From IMG/VR virus record IMGVR_UViG_3300010160_000038: a DNA stretch of 64,000 bases; one strand, 5' to 3'. This DNA is from an uncultured virus (IMG/VR IMGVR_UViG_3300010160_000038) (taxonomy: Duplodnaviria; Heunggongvirae; Uroviricota; Caudoviricetes). Every line of letters starts with the position of its first letter. Position 1 is the stretch's first letter. The notes beneath the pieces are model-generated. The model had not been told where the DNA came from. It searched no databases and was given only the letters and a program-made list of their open reading frames with translations. The position numbers and the translations under genes are program-made. Positions 1 to 8,210 of this stretch are shown here, one piece after another.

Positions 1-43
1 TCACTTAGCAGGTGGTGCTAGAAACCCTTCTAGTTTACTTTCT
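1..43 (-). tRNA. tRNA-Ser(GCT), 5' part only (runs off window edge)
   Basis: Minus strand AGAAAGT-AA-ACTAGAAGGGTTTCTAGC-ACCAC-CTGCTAA-GTGA: D arm and anticodon loop CT-GCT-AA directly after tRNA-Trp. Confidence 0.65.
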
Positions 44-48
44 ATTTG

Positions 49-119
49 CACAGATGGCAAGAATCGAACTTGCTCGACATGGATTTTGGAGATCCACCGG
101 TTACCTCAACCTCACCTGT
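49..119 (-). tRNA. tRNA-Trp(CCA)
   Basis: Acceptor ACAGGTG/CATCTGT, anticodon arm GGAT-CTCCAAA-ATCC, T arm GCAAG-TTCGATT-CTTGC. Confidence 0.9.
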
Positions 120-138
120 ATTTATCTTAACTATTATT

Positions 139-930
139 TTAATAGTTGATTTTTTTTAATATTAACTCATCTATATAAGATAATAATTCAATTATATATT
201 CTTCTTTTGATTTATTATCCATTTTTTTATAATCTGACCATCTTATTCTTATAATATCCCAACCTAATTCTTCTAAATATTTATTTCTCCTAATATCACT
301 TTGTAATATTTTAGTGTCATAATAATGTTGATCACCATCTATTTCAATATCTATCTTTTTATCAGGTATTGAAAAGTCCAACTCATATAAACCAATTCTA
401 AAATCTCTTATTATTCCTAAATTTTGTTTTTCAAAAATACTCCAAAAGTACTTCTCTGGGTAAGACTCATTTCTACTATGGTTTAACAAATAAGGTACTT
501 TATCAGGATTGTTTAATAAAAACTCTTTCCTACTTTTTGAAATTTTATTTTTTGTTTCTTCTGATAGTTTTTTTCCTTTATTTGCCATTGATAATTTTTC
601 CTTTTTCCTTTTTAATTTTTCTTCATAATTTGGATCTTTTTTACAACTATTAATATGTCCTCCCAATTTTAATCCTGAATCAAAAATTGAATGACAATAT
701 TTACATTCATGATTATTAATCTCTTTTTTTATCTCTTTCTTAATGAAAGTTTTACCACAACTTTTTTTATGTCCAATTAAAGAATGTCTTTTATCATACT
801 CTTTATTGCATTTATCACATATATATTTTTCTCTATCTGGATTTAATAAACAATATTTTTGATGCTTTAATACATCATTTTTTTTATTACCTCCAATATA
901 TTCTTTATTACAAAATTTACAACTACTCAT
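139..930 (-). CDS. Free-standing homing-type endonuclease (Zn fingers + NUMOD3-like + DUF559/Vsr-like nuclease)
   Basis: Repeated CxxC..H..C fingers, NUMOD3-like KGKKLSEETKNKISKS, C-terminal ELDF..IEIDGDQH..GWDIIRI. Confidence 0.8.
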   Translation of the reverse strand: MSSCKFCNKEYIGGNKKNDVLKHQKYCLLNPDREKYICDKCNKEYDKRHSLIGHKKSCGKTFIKKEIKKEINNHECKYCHSIFDSGLKLGGHINSCKKDPNYEEKLKRKKEKLSMANKGKKLSEETKNKISKSRKEFLLNNPDKVPYLLNHSRNESYPEKYFWSIFEKQNLGIIRDFRIGLYELDFSIPDKKIDIEIDGDQHYYDTKILQSDIRRNKYLEELGWDIIRIRWSDYKKMDNKSKEEYIIELLSYIDELILKKINY

Positions 931-1056
931 CTACTATATATAAATAAGTTGAATTCTCCTATTTTATGCTATGAGATTTTTATTTTATCCTCACATATTT
1001 AGGAACAACTATGTTGTTGTTTCAATTAAGTATTTTTGTGTGATTTATTACTACAC

Positions 1057-1162
1057 TGGTTCTGGTTTAACGGAAGGAGGTTGTTGGTCGGAACGCTCGG
1101 TTACGATCCGAGCTCTATTCCTTTTCAGGGAATCGCTTTCACCAGATTAGCTTAAACCACGA
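1057..1162 (-). tRNA. tRNA-Phe(GAA)-like gene with abnormal acceptor stem
   Basis: D arm GCTAATCTGGTGAAAGC, anticodon ATTCC-CTGAAAA-GGAAT, T arm CTCGG-ATCGTAA-CCGAG; the first 3' end (CCA at 1087-1085) does not pair with the 5' strand, a second one 27 nt further does. Confidence 0.6.
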
Positions 1163-1167
1163 TTTAG

Positions 1168-1240
1168 GGTGTATTAGGAATTTCGAAATCCCGACCTTTG
1201 GTTCCACAAACCAACGCTCTTCCTCTGAGCTAAACACACC
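1168..1240 (-). tRNA. tRNA-His(GTG)
   Basis: G-1, acceptor GTGTGTT/AATACAC, anticodon TTGGT-TTGTGGA-ACCAA, T loop TTCGAAA, discriminator C. Confidence 0.92.
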
Positions 1241-1257
1241 ATATGAATTTATAAAAT

Positions 1258-1292
1258 AAAAAAAACCCAAGTTTAAATTAAACTTGGGTTTT
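1258..1292 (-). terminator. Intrinsic terminator (attenuator 3:4 hairpin) ahead of tRNA operon
   Basis: AAAACCCAAGTTT-AATTT-AAACTTGGG followed by 8 T on minus strand, ending 18 nt before tRNA-His. Confidence 0.8.
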
Positions 1293-1314
1293 AAAAAAAA
1301 TATTTTATAAAATA

Positions 1315-1404
1315 TTAATTAATATAAAATATAATTCCAGACCCAAGTTTGTTGCTAAACCAACTTGAATTACTAAAATGTTTATTTTTATTAATTGTTT
1401 TCAT
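1315..1404 (-). CDS. Putative attenuator leader peptide, 29 aa (MKTINKNKHFSNSSWFSNKLGSGIIFYIN)
   Basis: Hand-translated ATG 1404 to TAA 1315; contains antiterminator AAACTTGGGT (1350-1341). Confidence 0.7.
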   Translation of the reverse strand: MKTINKNKHFSNSSWFSNKLGSGIIFYIN

Positions 1405-1446
1405 TATGTTATATATTAAATTTTTATTTTCCTTTTTTAATTATAT

Positions 1447-1456
1447 TGCAAATTTA
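1447..1456 (-). promoter_or_regulatory. Bacteroidota-type -7 promoter element TAAATTTGCA for leader/tRNA operon
   Basis: Matches TAnnTTTG; a TTAATATATA late-type motif also lies at about 1419-1410. Confidence 0.5.
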
Positions 1457-1492
1457 ATAAAAGTTTTTTAATATGCAATATTTTTTTATATA

Positions 1493-2179
1493 TTATTTTT
1501 TAAATTTACTTTTTCTTAACAGATTATTTAATCTATTGACACCTTCATCATCTATTTTATAATCAGATATAAATTGTTTAAAATCTTTTATTAAATCTTC
1601 AGGTATTCCATCTAATATATTTATTTCATTTGGTAAAGATAATTTAATTGGAAATATAGCTTTTATAACCTGAAAATGCTTAGAATCATCTGCCATATTT
1701 TCTACATCACAACCAATATTAGTTAATTGTTTTATAACTTGTTTAATAGCTATAGATAATTTTTCATCTATATCAATTGGTTTAAAATCATTACTTGGGT
1801 TTGTATATTGATAATTTACTTCTAATCTAATATCAGTAAATCTTCCTTTTCTAATTTTATTTAAAAGTTTTTGAGCATATTTTAAATCTGATTTTAAATC
1901 ACCATAATCTTCTTCTACCATTCCAAGATAATCCCACCATGATTTTTGATGTATATCAAATCCTATCACTAATTTTTGACCATTTTTATATACAAGTAAA
2001 GAATAACAAGGGACAACATCATGTCCTAGTATATCTGAAATTTCATACATAACATCATCAATATCGAAAATAATAGGATTATCTTTTGATATTATTTCCA
2101 TTAGATGATCACCAAATTCAAATTGTTTATCAACTATTTTACTTTCTGTTATGAGGTTAAAATTTTTTAAATGTTTCAT
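1493..2179 (-). CDS. Hypothetical protein with CTS-like leader (MKHLKNFNLITES)
   Basis: ORF; TTAATATATA upstream. Confidence 0.7.
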   Translation of the reverse strand: MKHLKNFNLITESKIVDKQFEFGDHLMEIISKDNPIIFDIDDVMYEISDILGHDVVPCYSLLVYKNGQKLVIGFDIHQKSWWDYLGMVEEDYGDLKSDLKYAQKLLNKIRKGRFTDIRLEVNYQYTNPSNDFKPIDIDEKLSIAIKQVIKQLTNIGCDVENMADDSKHFQVIKAIFPIKLSLPNEINILDGIPEDLIKDFKQFISDYKIDDEGVNRLNNLLRKSKFKK

Positions 2180-2218
2180 ACTTATAATATATTTTTATTT
2201 ATATATTAAATTATTAAA

Positions 2219-3055
2219 TTATTTTATTGGATATCTTTGTTTCCAACCTATTTCACCTACTTTGTAAACATTTAAAAAATTAGTTTTATTATAACCAGCA
2301 TTTACTATATCTTTTGCCATGTTATAAACATAACCATTTCCTTTACTACCTTCTATTCCAGGTATGTGTAAGAAAAAAGCACCATGTCCTAAAAATTGAG
2401 AAATAGATGGTGAATCTTCCCATTGGTCATCACCTGAACTAGCACAGTTAACACCGAATGTTGATGAATGTAATAGTTTAATATTATAATCAGCTCCTAC
2501 TTTTTCAGGAAATTTATTCATATAATACCCCATTGCAATTTGATCATCATTGATATTTCCATCATTTACCCAATTTATACACCAATTATACATTTCTAAT
2601 AAATCTTTAGCTTTTCCTATAATAAGTCCTGTGTTTACAAATTGTCTTTTAGGTCTTGTAGGTAGTTCATTAGAATAATAGTACCAATAATCATTTAATT
2701 CTACACAATTCCCACCTTCATTAAATTCAATAAATCCATTGCATAAAAGTTCCATACTAACAACAATTGGCTTATTAAATTCATTAAAACCAGTTTCAAA
2801 AGCTAATGGTGATCTAACACATAAAACATCTCTACCATCACAAGTAACACATAATCTATTAGGGTCGATTGTTTCTAAGTATTCAGCATACAGTTTCATT
2901 TTTGTAATAAAACCTTCCCATTTAACACCTTCTCCTATTAATATATTATCCCAACCATTATTATCTAAAGTTTTTAATAAAACTTCTGTATTTTTTGTTG
3001 GGTTTGTATCAGCAACTATTGCTAATGGTTTTTTACCAGGGTATATTATATTCAT
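2219..3055 (-). CDS. PLOD/procollagen-type glycosyltransferase domain protein
   Basis: W.GF..K, DGRDV, FVNTGLIIG, DDQ motifs resemble the GT domain of lysyl hydroxylases. Confidence 0.65.
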   Translation of the reverse strand: MNIIYPGKKPLAIVADTNPTKNTEVLLKTLDNNGWDNILIGEGVKWEGFITKMKLYAEYLETIDPNRLCVTCDGRDVLCVRSPLAFETGFNEFNKPIVVSMELLCNGFIEFNEGGNCVELNDYWYYYSNELPTRPKRQFVNTGLIIGKAKDLLEMYNWCINWVNDGNINDDQIAMGYYMNKFPEKVGADYNIKLLHSSTFGVNCASSGDDQWEDSPSISQFLGHGAFFLHIPGIEGSKGNGYVYNMAKDIVNAGYNKTNFLNVYKVGEIGWKQRYPIK

Positions 3056-3067
3056 AAAATTATATAT

Positions 3068-3958
3068 TTATTTTAAATTTTTAAAAATGTGTGTAATGAC
3101 ATCAACTGTCCACCCATTTCCTAACATTTCATATCTTTTAGAAGAAGAAACACCAGATGTATAATCGATTGGAACTCCTTGTAATTTTTCTACTTCATTT
3201 TCAGTTAATCTTCTAATCATCCCATTTGGTAGATATGTTTTTGTTAAATGTCTAGCTGCACCATGTGATGAGGCTGATAAACAACACATTATACCATCAT
3301 GTCTATATACATTATCTTGTTGGTGTTTACCTGCTTTGTGTCTTATTATTTCATTTTCACTCCATTTATAGTTTAAATCTAAAGCTGATAATTGTTTATC
3401 AGTTAGATAATATTCATCACTTGCTTGTTCTAGGATATCATTTAAACAATGGTTATAAGTAGTAGGTATATTTTCAACTTTTATATTAGTCCAATATAAT
3501 CTTGGTCTATTTTGTGGTACAAATACTTTTGAATTAATTTCAATTGGTTCTACACCTAAAGCTTCTGTTATAATATCTTTCCATTCTTTTCGCATTTTTA
3601 CATTCTCTAAAAGAAACAATATATTTGGATTTGATTTTTTCAAATCATTTAAAACACGAACATATTCCCAGAATAAACCACTCTTGCCATTAAATCCATC
3701 TCCTTTACCAGAGTTGCTAAAACTTTGACAAGGACTGCCACCAATTAATAAATCTATTTTTGGTAAATTTTCCACATTGATATCTAAAACATTGCCTAGA
3801 TGGATTGTATTTGGATAATTTTTTTTTGTGACTTTAATAGATGAATCTTCAATTTCAGAAGCAAAATAATTATCATATTCTATACCTATTTTATTTAAAG
3901 CTATTTGACCACAAGATATGCCATCAAATAAACTTAAAACATTTTTAATTTTACTCAT
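3068..3958 (-). CDS. DNA (cytosine-5) methyltransferase
   Basis: LSLFDG, GGSPCQ, ENV, QNRPR, GNGWTV. Confidence 0.95.
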   Translation of the reverse strand: MSKIKNVLSLFDGISCGQIALNKIGIEYDNYFASEIEDSSIKVTKKNYPNTIHLGNVLDINVENLPKIDLLIGGSPCQSFSNSGKGDGFNGKSGLFWEYVRVLNDLKKSNPNILFLLENVKMRKEWKDIITEALGVEPIEINSKVFVPQNRPRLYWTNIKVENIPTTYNHCLNDILEQASDEYYLTDKQLSALDLNYKWSENEIIRHKAGKHQQDNVYRHDGIMCCLSASSHGAARHLTKTYLPNGMIRRLTENEVEKLQGVPIDYTSGVSSSKRYEMLGNGWTVDVITHIFKNLK

Positions 3959-3962
3959 ATTG

Positions 3963-5036
3963 TTATTTTAAATTTTTAAAAATGTGTGCTATGACATCAA
4001 CCGTCCACCCATTTCCTAACATTTTATATCTTTGGTTATCTGAAACATAATTAGTATAATCAATCGGAACTGTTTGTAATTTTTCACATTGATTTGGTGT
4101 TAATTTGAAAAGTTCTTTACCATTTGTTATATTCATTTTATTTCCGGAGTTTGTGGTTAATGTTGGGTGTTTACCATCTATATGATAGAATCTTTTGCTC
4201 ATATCAAAAGTTGATAATTTGTATTCAAATTCTGTTATTTTATTATCAAATTTATCATTAGTTATATTTAAACACTCCTTTAGTTTAAACCAATATTCAG
4301 CATCAGGTATTGAAAAACTATTATCTAATCTAAACCAATGTTCAACCATTGTTTTAGGTGCATTGCAATAATTAGATATTTCTTTTATAGTTTTATTTTT
4401 ATGTTGTCTTAAAAAAATTCCTAATTCTTTTTTATCTATTTCATATTTTCTGACTTTAACTTCAACATCAGATTTATTCATTATAATTTTATTAGTTCTT
4501 TGATTTATTATATTTAAACCTAAAACATCTGCAATAGTTTCATTTGATGAGGGTAGTTTTGATAAATCTACATTTATATTAGTCCAGTATAATCTTTTTC
4601 TTTGTTGTGCTGAAAATCTGCTACTGCAAATTTCAATTGGTTCTACACCTAATTCTTTTGTGATAATATCTTGCCATTCTTTTTTCATTTTAACATTTTC
4701 TAAAAGAAAATATTTTGGCTTAACTTCTCTTAAAATTCTAACATATTCCCAAAATAAACCAGATTTACCATCAAACCCCTTACCATTGCCTGCTTTTGAA
4801 AAGGATTGACATGGTGAACCTCCAAATAATAAATCTATTTCAGGTAAATCATCAGTTTTTAACTTGGTAATATCTCCTAATTGGATTGTATTTGGAAAAT
4901 TATTTTGTGTAACTATTATTGCATTTTTATCAATTTCAGATGCATAATAGTTTTTGTATTTTATAGATAAATTATTTAAAGCAATTTGTCCACAAGATAA
5001 ACCATCGAATAAACTTAAAACATTTTTTATTTCCAT
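3963..5036 (-). CDS. DNA (cytosine-5) methyltransferase with extra insertion in variable region
   Basis: LSLFDG, GGSPCQ, ENV, QQRKR, GNGWTV. Confidence 0.95.
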   Translation of the reverse strand: MEIKNVLSLFDGLSCGQIALNNLSIKYKNYYASEIDKNAIIVTQNNFPNTIQLGDITKLKTDDLPEIDLLFGGSPCQSFSKAGNGKGFDGKSGLFWEYVRILREVKPKYFLLENVKMKKEWQDIITKELGVEPIEICSSRFSAQQRKRLYWTNINVDLSKLPSSNETIADVLGLNIINQRTNKIIMNKSDVEVKVRKYEIDKKELGIFLRQHKNKTIKEISNYCNAPKTMVEHWFRLDNSFSIPDAEYWFKLKECLNITNDKFDNKITEFEYKLSTFDMSKRFYHIDGKHPTLTTNSGNKMNITNGKELFKLTPNQCEKLQTVPIDYTNYVSDNQRYKMLGNGWTVDVIAHIFKNLK

Positions 5037-5038
5037 TA

Positions 5039-5959
5039 TTATTCAATATTTTTAAAAATATGTGCTATGACATCAACAGTCCACCCATTACCTACCATTT
5101 TTCTTATTTGAGAATCAGATATTGTATTTGGGAAATAATCATCTGGTATAGTTTGTAATCTACAATATTCTTTAATAGTGTAATATCTAAATGGGAGATT
5201 ATCTTTAAAGGCATTTGGGTGTCTACCAATTGGCATAGTTGTCAACACATTATCTTTTGAAACAGTTGTTAAACAGTTTGATTTATCAACATTACTTGCC
5301 CTTACTTCTAAACATTGTGTAATAGGAATTTCTTTATTATAATCTTCTCTTTTACCATTTGAATTTAATCTTCTTCCTAATATAGTTGCTTTATTTAATT
5401 TCCTACCTCTTATAGCCGATGGATTTAACATATCATCAGTTTCTAATATATCAATCAATTTTATATTTCTATCAATTGGTTGAACTACATTTGGTATATT
5501 AGTCCAGTATAAACGAACACGATTTTGTGCGCTTACTAAAGAAGAATTTATTTCAATTGGATCAACACCAAGTTCTTCTGTTATTATATCTTGCCATTCT
5601 TTTTTCATTTTAACATTTTCTAAAAGAAATAAAACATCAGGGTTTACTTTTCTAACATCATTTAAAACTCTGACATATTCATAAAATAAACCAGATTTGC
5701 CATCAAAACCAGTTCTTTTACCAGCTGATGAAAACGATTGACAAGGTGAGCCACCAAATAGTAAATCAATTTTAGGTAAAATATTAGTATCTAATTTAGT
5801 AATATCACCTAATTGTATTGTATTTGGAAAATTGTGTTGAGCAGCTTTAATTGCATGTTTATCAATTTCACTTGCATAATAATTTAAATATTCTATACCA
5901 GCCCTATTAAGAGCAATTTGCCCACAAGATAAACCATCAAATAAACTTAATACATTCAT
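5039..5959 (-). CDS. DNA (cytosine-5) methyltransferase
   Basis: LSLFDG, GGSPCQ, ENV, QNRVR, GNGWTV. Confidence 0.95.
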   Translation of the reverse strand: MNVLSLFDGLSCGQIALNRAGIEYLNYYASEIDKHAIKAAQHNFPNTIQLGDITKLDTNILPKIDLLFGGSPCQSFSSAGKRTGFDGKSGLFYEYVRVLNDVRKVNPDVLFLLENVKMKKEWQDIITEELGVDPIEINSSLVSAQNRVRLYWTNIPNVVQPIDRNIKLIDILETDDMLNPSAIRGRKLNKATILGRRLNSNGKREDYNKEIPITQCLEVRASNVDKSNCLTTVSKDNVLTTMPIGRHPNAFKDNLPFRYYTIKEYCRLQTIPDDYFPNTISDSQIRKMVGNGWTVDVIAHIFKNIE

Positions 5960-6000
5960 AGATTATATATTTTAATTTTGTTTATTTGTTTTAAAAATTA

Positions 6001-6010
6001 TATATTTGTA
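6001..6010 (+). promoter_or_regulatory. Bacteroidota-type promoter element TATATTTGTA
   Basis: TAnnTTTG just before rnhA; also seen before genes at 8211, 10505, 32826, 34944, 20104(-) and 59764(-). Confidence 0.55.
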
Positions 6011-6012
6011 TT

Positions 6013-6477
6013 ATGAATGAAAAAATAATAGAAATTTTTACGGATGGCGCATCCAAAGGTAATCCTGGTAAAGGAGGATATGGTATATTAATGAAATTTA
6101 ATGGAAAGGAAAAGGAAATATCAGGTGGATATAAATTAACAACTAATAATAGAATGGAATTGATGGCTGTTATTGTGGCATTAGAATCTATTAAAAGAAA
6201 TGACTGTCCTGTGCATATTTATTCAGATTCAAGATATGTTTTAGATTCTATTACAAAGGGTTGGGTTTATAATTGGGTTAGAAAGCCTAATTTTGCAGAT
6301 AAAAAGAATAAAGATTTATGGTTAAGATTTTTAAAAATAGAAAAGAATTTTAATGTTAGATATACTTGGGTCAAGGGTCATAATGGTCATGATGGGAATG
6401 AAAGAGCTGATTTATTAGCAAACACTGCATCTCAAAGTAGTGAATTGAAAATAGATGTTGGTTATGAAGGAGTTTGA
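6013..6477 (+). CDS. rnhA: Ribonuclease HI
   Basis: FTDGA..GNPG.GG, TTNNRMEL, SDSRY, KNKDLW, WVKGH.G..GNERAD. Confidence 0.97.
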   Translation: MNEKIIEIFTDGASKGNPGKGGYGILMKFNGKEKEISGGYKLTTNNRMELMAVIVALESIKRNDCPVHIYSDSRYVLDSITKGWVYNWVRKPNFADKKNKDLWLRFLKIEKNFNVRYTWVKGHNGHDGNERADLLANTASQSSELKIDVGYEGV

Positions 6478-6676
6478 AAATGGTGATGATGTAATATTTA
6501 CAACAAAAGATAAGTATATTTTTGAAGCTAAAATTGAAAAAATATATCGTTCTTCTTTTTATATATCTTATCTTAATGAAGATGGTAAATTAAAGTATGC
6601 GACTGTTTTTGAAAAACAGATAAAATTCAATTATAAAAAACATAGAAATAATAGATTAAAGGAATTAGGTATATAA
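6464..6676 (+). CDS. Small hypothetical protein with RNNRLKELGI tail
   Basis: ORF, ATG at 6464 overlapping rnhA end. Confidence 0.6.
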   Translation: MKEFENGDDVIFTTKDKYIFEAKIEKIYRSSFYISYLNEDGKLKYATVFEKQIKFNYKKHRNNRLKELGI

Positions 6677-6720
6677 TTTTTTGTTTAATTAATTTAATAT
6701 ATAAAAATAAAAATTAAATT

Positions 6721-6897
6721 ATGAAAATTAGAAAATTTAGTGAAATTAATGAGGCTAAAAAAGATGATAAAATTGAAAAAATAGAATCTTATATTAGCAA
6801 AAATAAAAAAAACAAATCATCTTATGAAATGTATAATGAATTAAGAGATGAGTTTTCAGAGAAAGATTTGAAAAAATATTTTTATGATAACTATTAA
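6721..6897 (+). CDS. 58-aa protein with CTS-like leader (MKIRKFSEINEAK), below ORF-track cutoff
   Basis: Hand-translated; TTAATATATA about 20 nt upstream. Confidence 0.65.
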   Translation: MKIRKFSEINEAKKDDKIEKIESYISKNKKNKSSYEMYNELRDEFSEKDLKKYFYDNY

Positions 6898-6913
6898 AAA
6901 ATAATTATAATTT

Positions 6914-7510
6914 ATGTTTAGCAAATCTAAAGAAATTGGAAAAATAAATTTACCAGATTATAGAGGTGATCGTGTTTATATGCATGAATTCCTTATTGAA
7001 AATCCTAAAATGCCTGAAGGATATGAAAGATGGAATGAAACTTTGAAAGAGATTATATCACATTCTCCTAAAAAAACTGGTAAAGCCTACATAACTATTG
7101 ATGAAAAATTAGTTAAAGCTGGGAAATCTCATAGAAGAGGTGGTGCTCATGTTGATGGTAACTACCTATTTGGATGGGGTGGCGGCGGCGGCTGGTTAAC
7201 TGGTGAAGATGGTAGAGTTTTACCAAGAGAAAAACATGTTCAACAATATTGTTCTGATAAAGGGGGTATGTTGATAATTTCATCATATGAAGCATGTAAA
7301 GCTTGGAATGGTAAATTTGAAGGTGAACCAAATCAAGGTGGTGATTGTTCACATATTGATCTTTCTAAAATGGAAAGTTACAATCTTAAACCAAACACAT
7401 TATATTGGGGAAATAGTACTTTTATTCATGAGTCTTTGCCAATAGAAAAAGATGTTGAGAGACAGTTGGTAAGAATTACTTTACCAGCAGATTCTGAAGA
7501 ACTTCTATAA
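6914..7510 (+). CDS. Putative 2OG-Fe(II) oxygenase-like protein
   Basis: HRRGGAHVDG (HxD), distal IHESLP and RQLVRI. Confidence 0.6.
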   Translation: MFSKSKEIGKINLPDYRGDRVYMHEFLIENPKMPEGYERWNETLKEIISHSPKKTGKAYITIDEKLVKAGKSHRRGGAHVDGNYLFGWGGGGGWLTGEDGRVLPREKHVQQYCSDKGGMLIISSYEACKAWNGKFEGEPNQGGDCSHIDLSKMESYNLKPNTLYWGNSTFIHESLPIEKDVERQLVRITLPADSEELL

Positions 7511-7540
7511 AAAAAGCCACTTTAAAAGTGGCTTTTTTTT
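7509..7540. terminator. Bidirectional terminator AGCCACTTT-A-AAAGTGGCT
   Basis: Hairpin flanked by A and T tracts between convergent genes; copies at 21877 and 60422. Confidence 0.85.
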
Positions 7541-8154
7541 TAATATTTAATTTCTCTCCATTCAAAATAAACAGATTTATCAACTTGGTTTTCAATATAA
7601 CCTTCTGGATTATATTGTTCATTATTTAATATTACTAGATATTCATATCCAATGTGGAAAGATTTGATTCCAGGATAATCATCATTGTTTTCAATTTGTT
7701 TTTTATTATAAAATGAAAATTGATCATTTTTAATATCTAATCCTAATTCTTCTTTAATACCTCTTACTAAAACTTCTTTATGGTCTTCTCCAGATTTAAA
7801 TTTTTCTGCCGCTGAATATGGCATATTCTTTCTTTCTCTAACACGACCATCTTTGAAAACTTGTTTAGCTTCATAAAGTCTAATCCACTTACCATCTAAT
7901 TTATATAAAATTCTAGCACCAACGAATTCTACTTTTCTAACCAAACCACCATTTTCTTCTGATAAATTTGTTTCACCCTCTTCTATTTCATGGTATAAAT
8001 GTCCTAGTGTTTTAAATGTACCAGTACCATATAATGATGTATTAATGTTAAATTTTTTCAACATATCTAAAAATTCTAAATAAGAATTTGGTATTATAAC
8101 ATTCTCATTGATAACAGAATGAGAATATTCATTAAATAATTTTAAATTTTTCAT
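7540..8154 (-). CDS. Nudix-fold-like protein with CTS-like leader
   Basis: GEDHKEVLVRGIKEELGL resembles the Nudix box. Confidence 0.55.
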   Translation of the reverse strand: MKNLKLFNEYSHSVINENVIIPNSYLEFLDMLKKFNINTSLYGTGTFKTLGHLYHEIEEGETNLSEENGGLVRKVEFVGARILYKLDGKWIRLYEAKQVFKDGRVRERKNMPYSAAEKFKSGEDHKEVLVRGIKEELGLDIKNDQFSFYNKKQIENNDDYPGIKSFHIGYEYLVILNNEQYNPEGYIENQVDKSVYFEWREIKY

Positions 8155-8210
8155 AGATTATATATTAATATTTAAAATTAATTTTTTATATTTGTGTAAA
8201 ATTTTAAAAT

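Noticed and set aside
950..1056. Possible structured ncRNA between tRNA-Phe and the endonuclease
   Set aside because: Only short weak hairpins and no recognisable family
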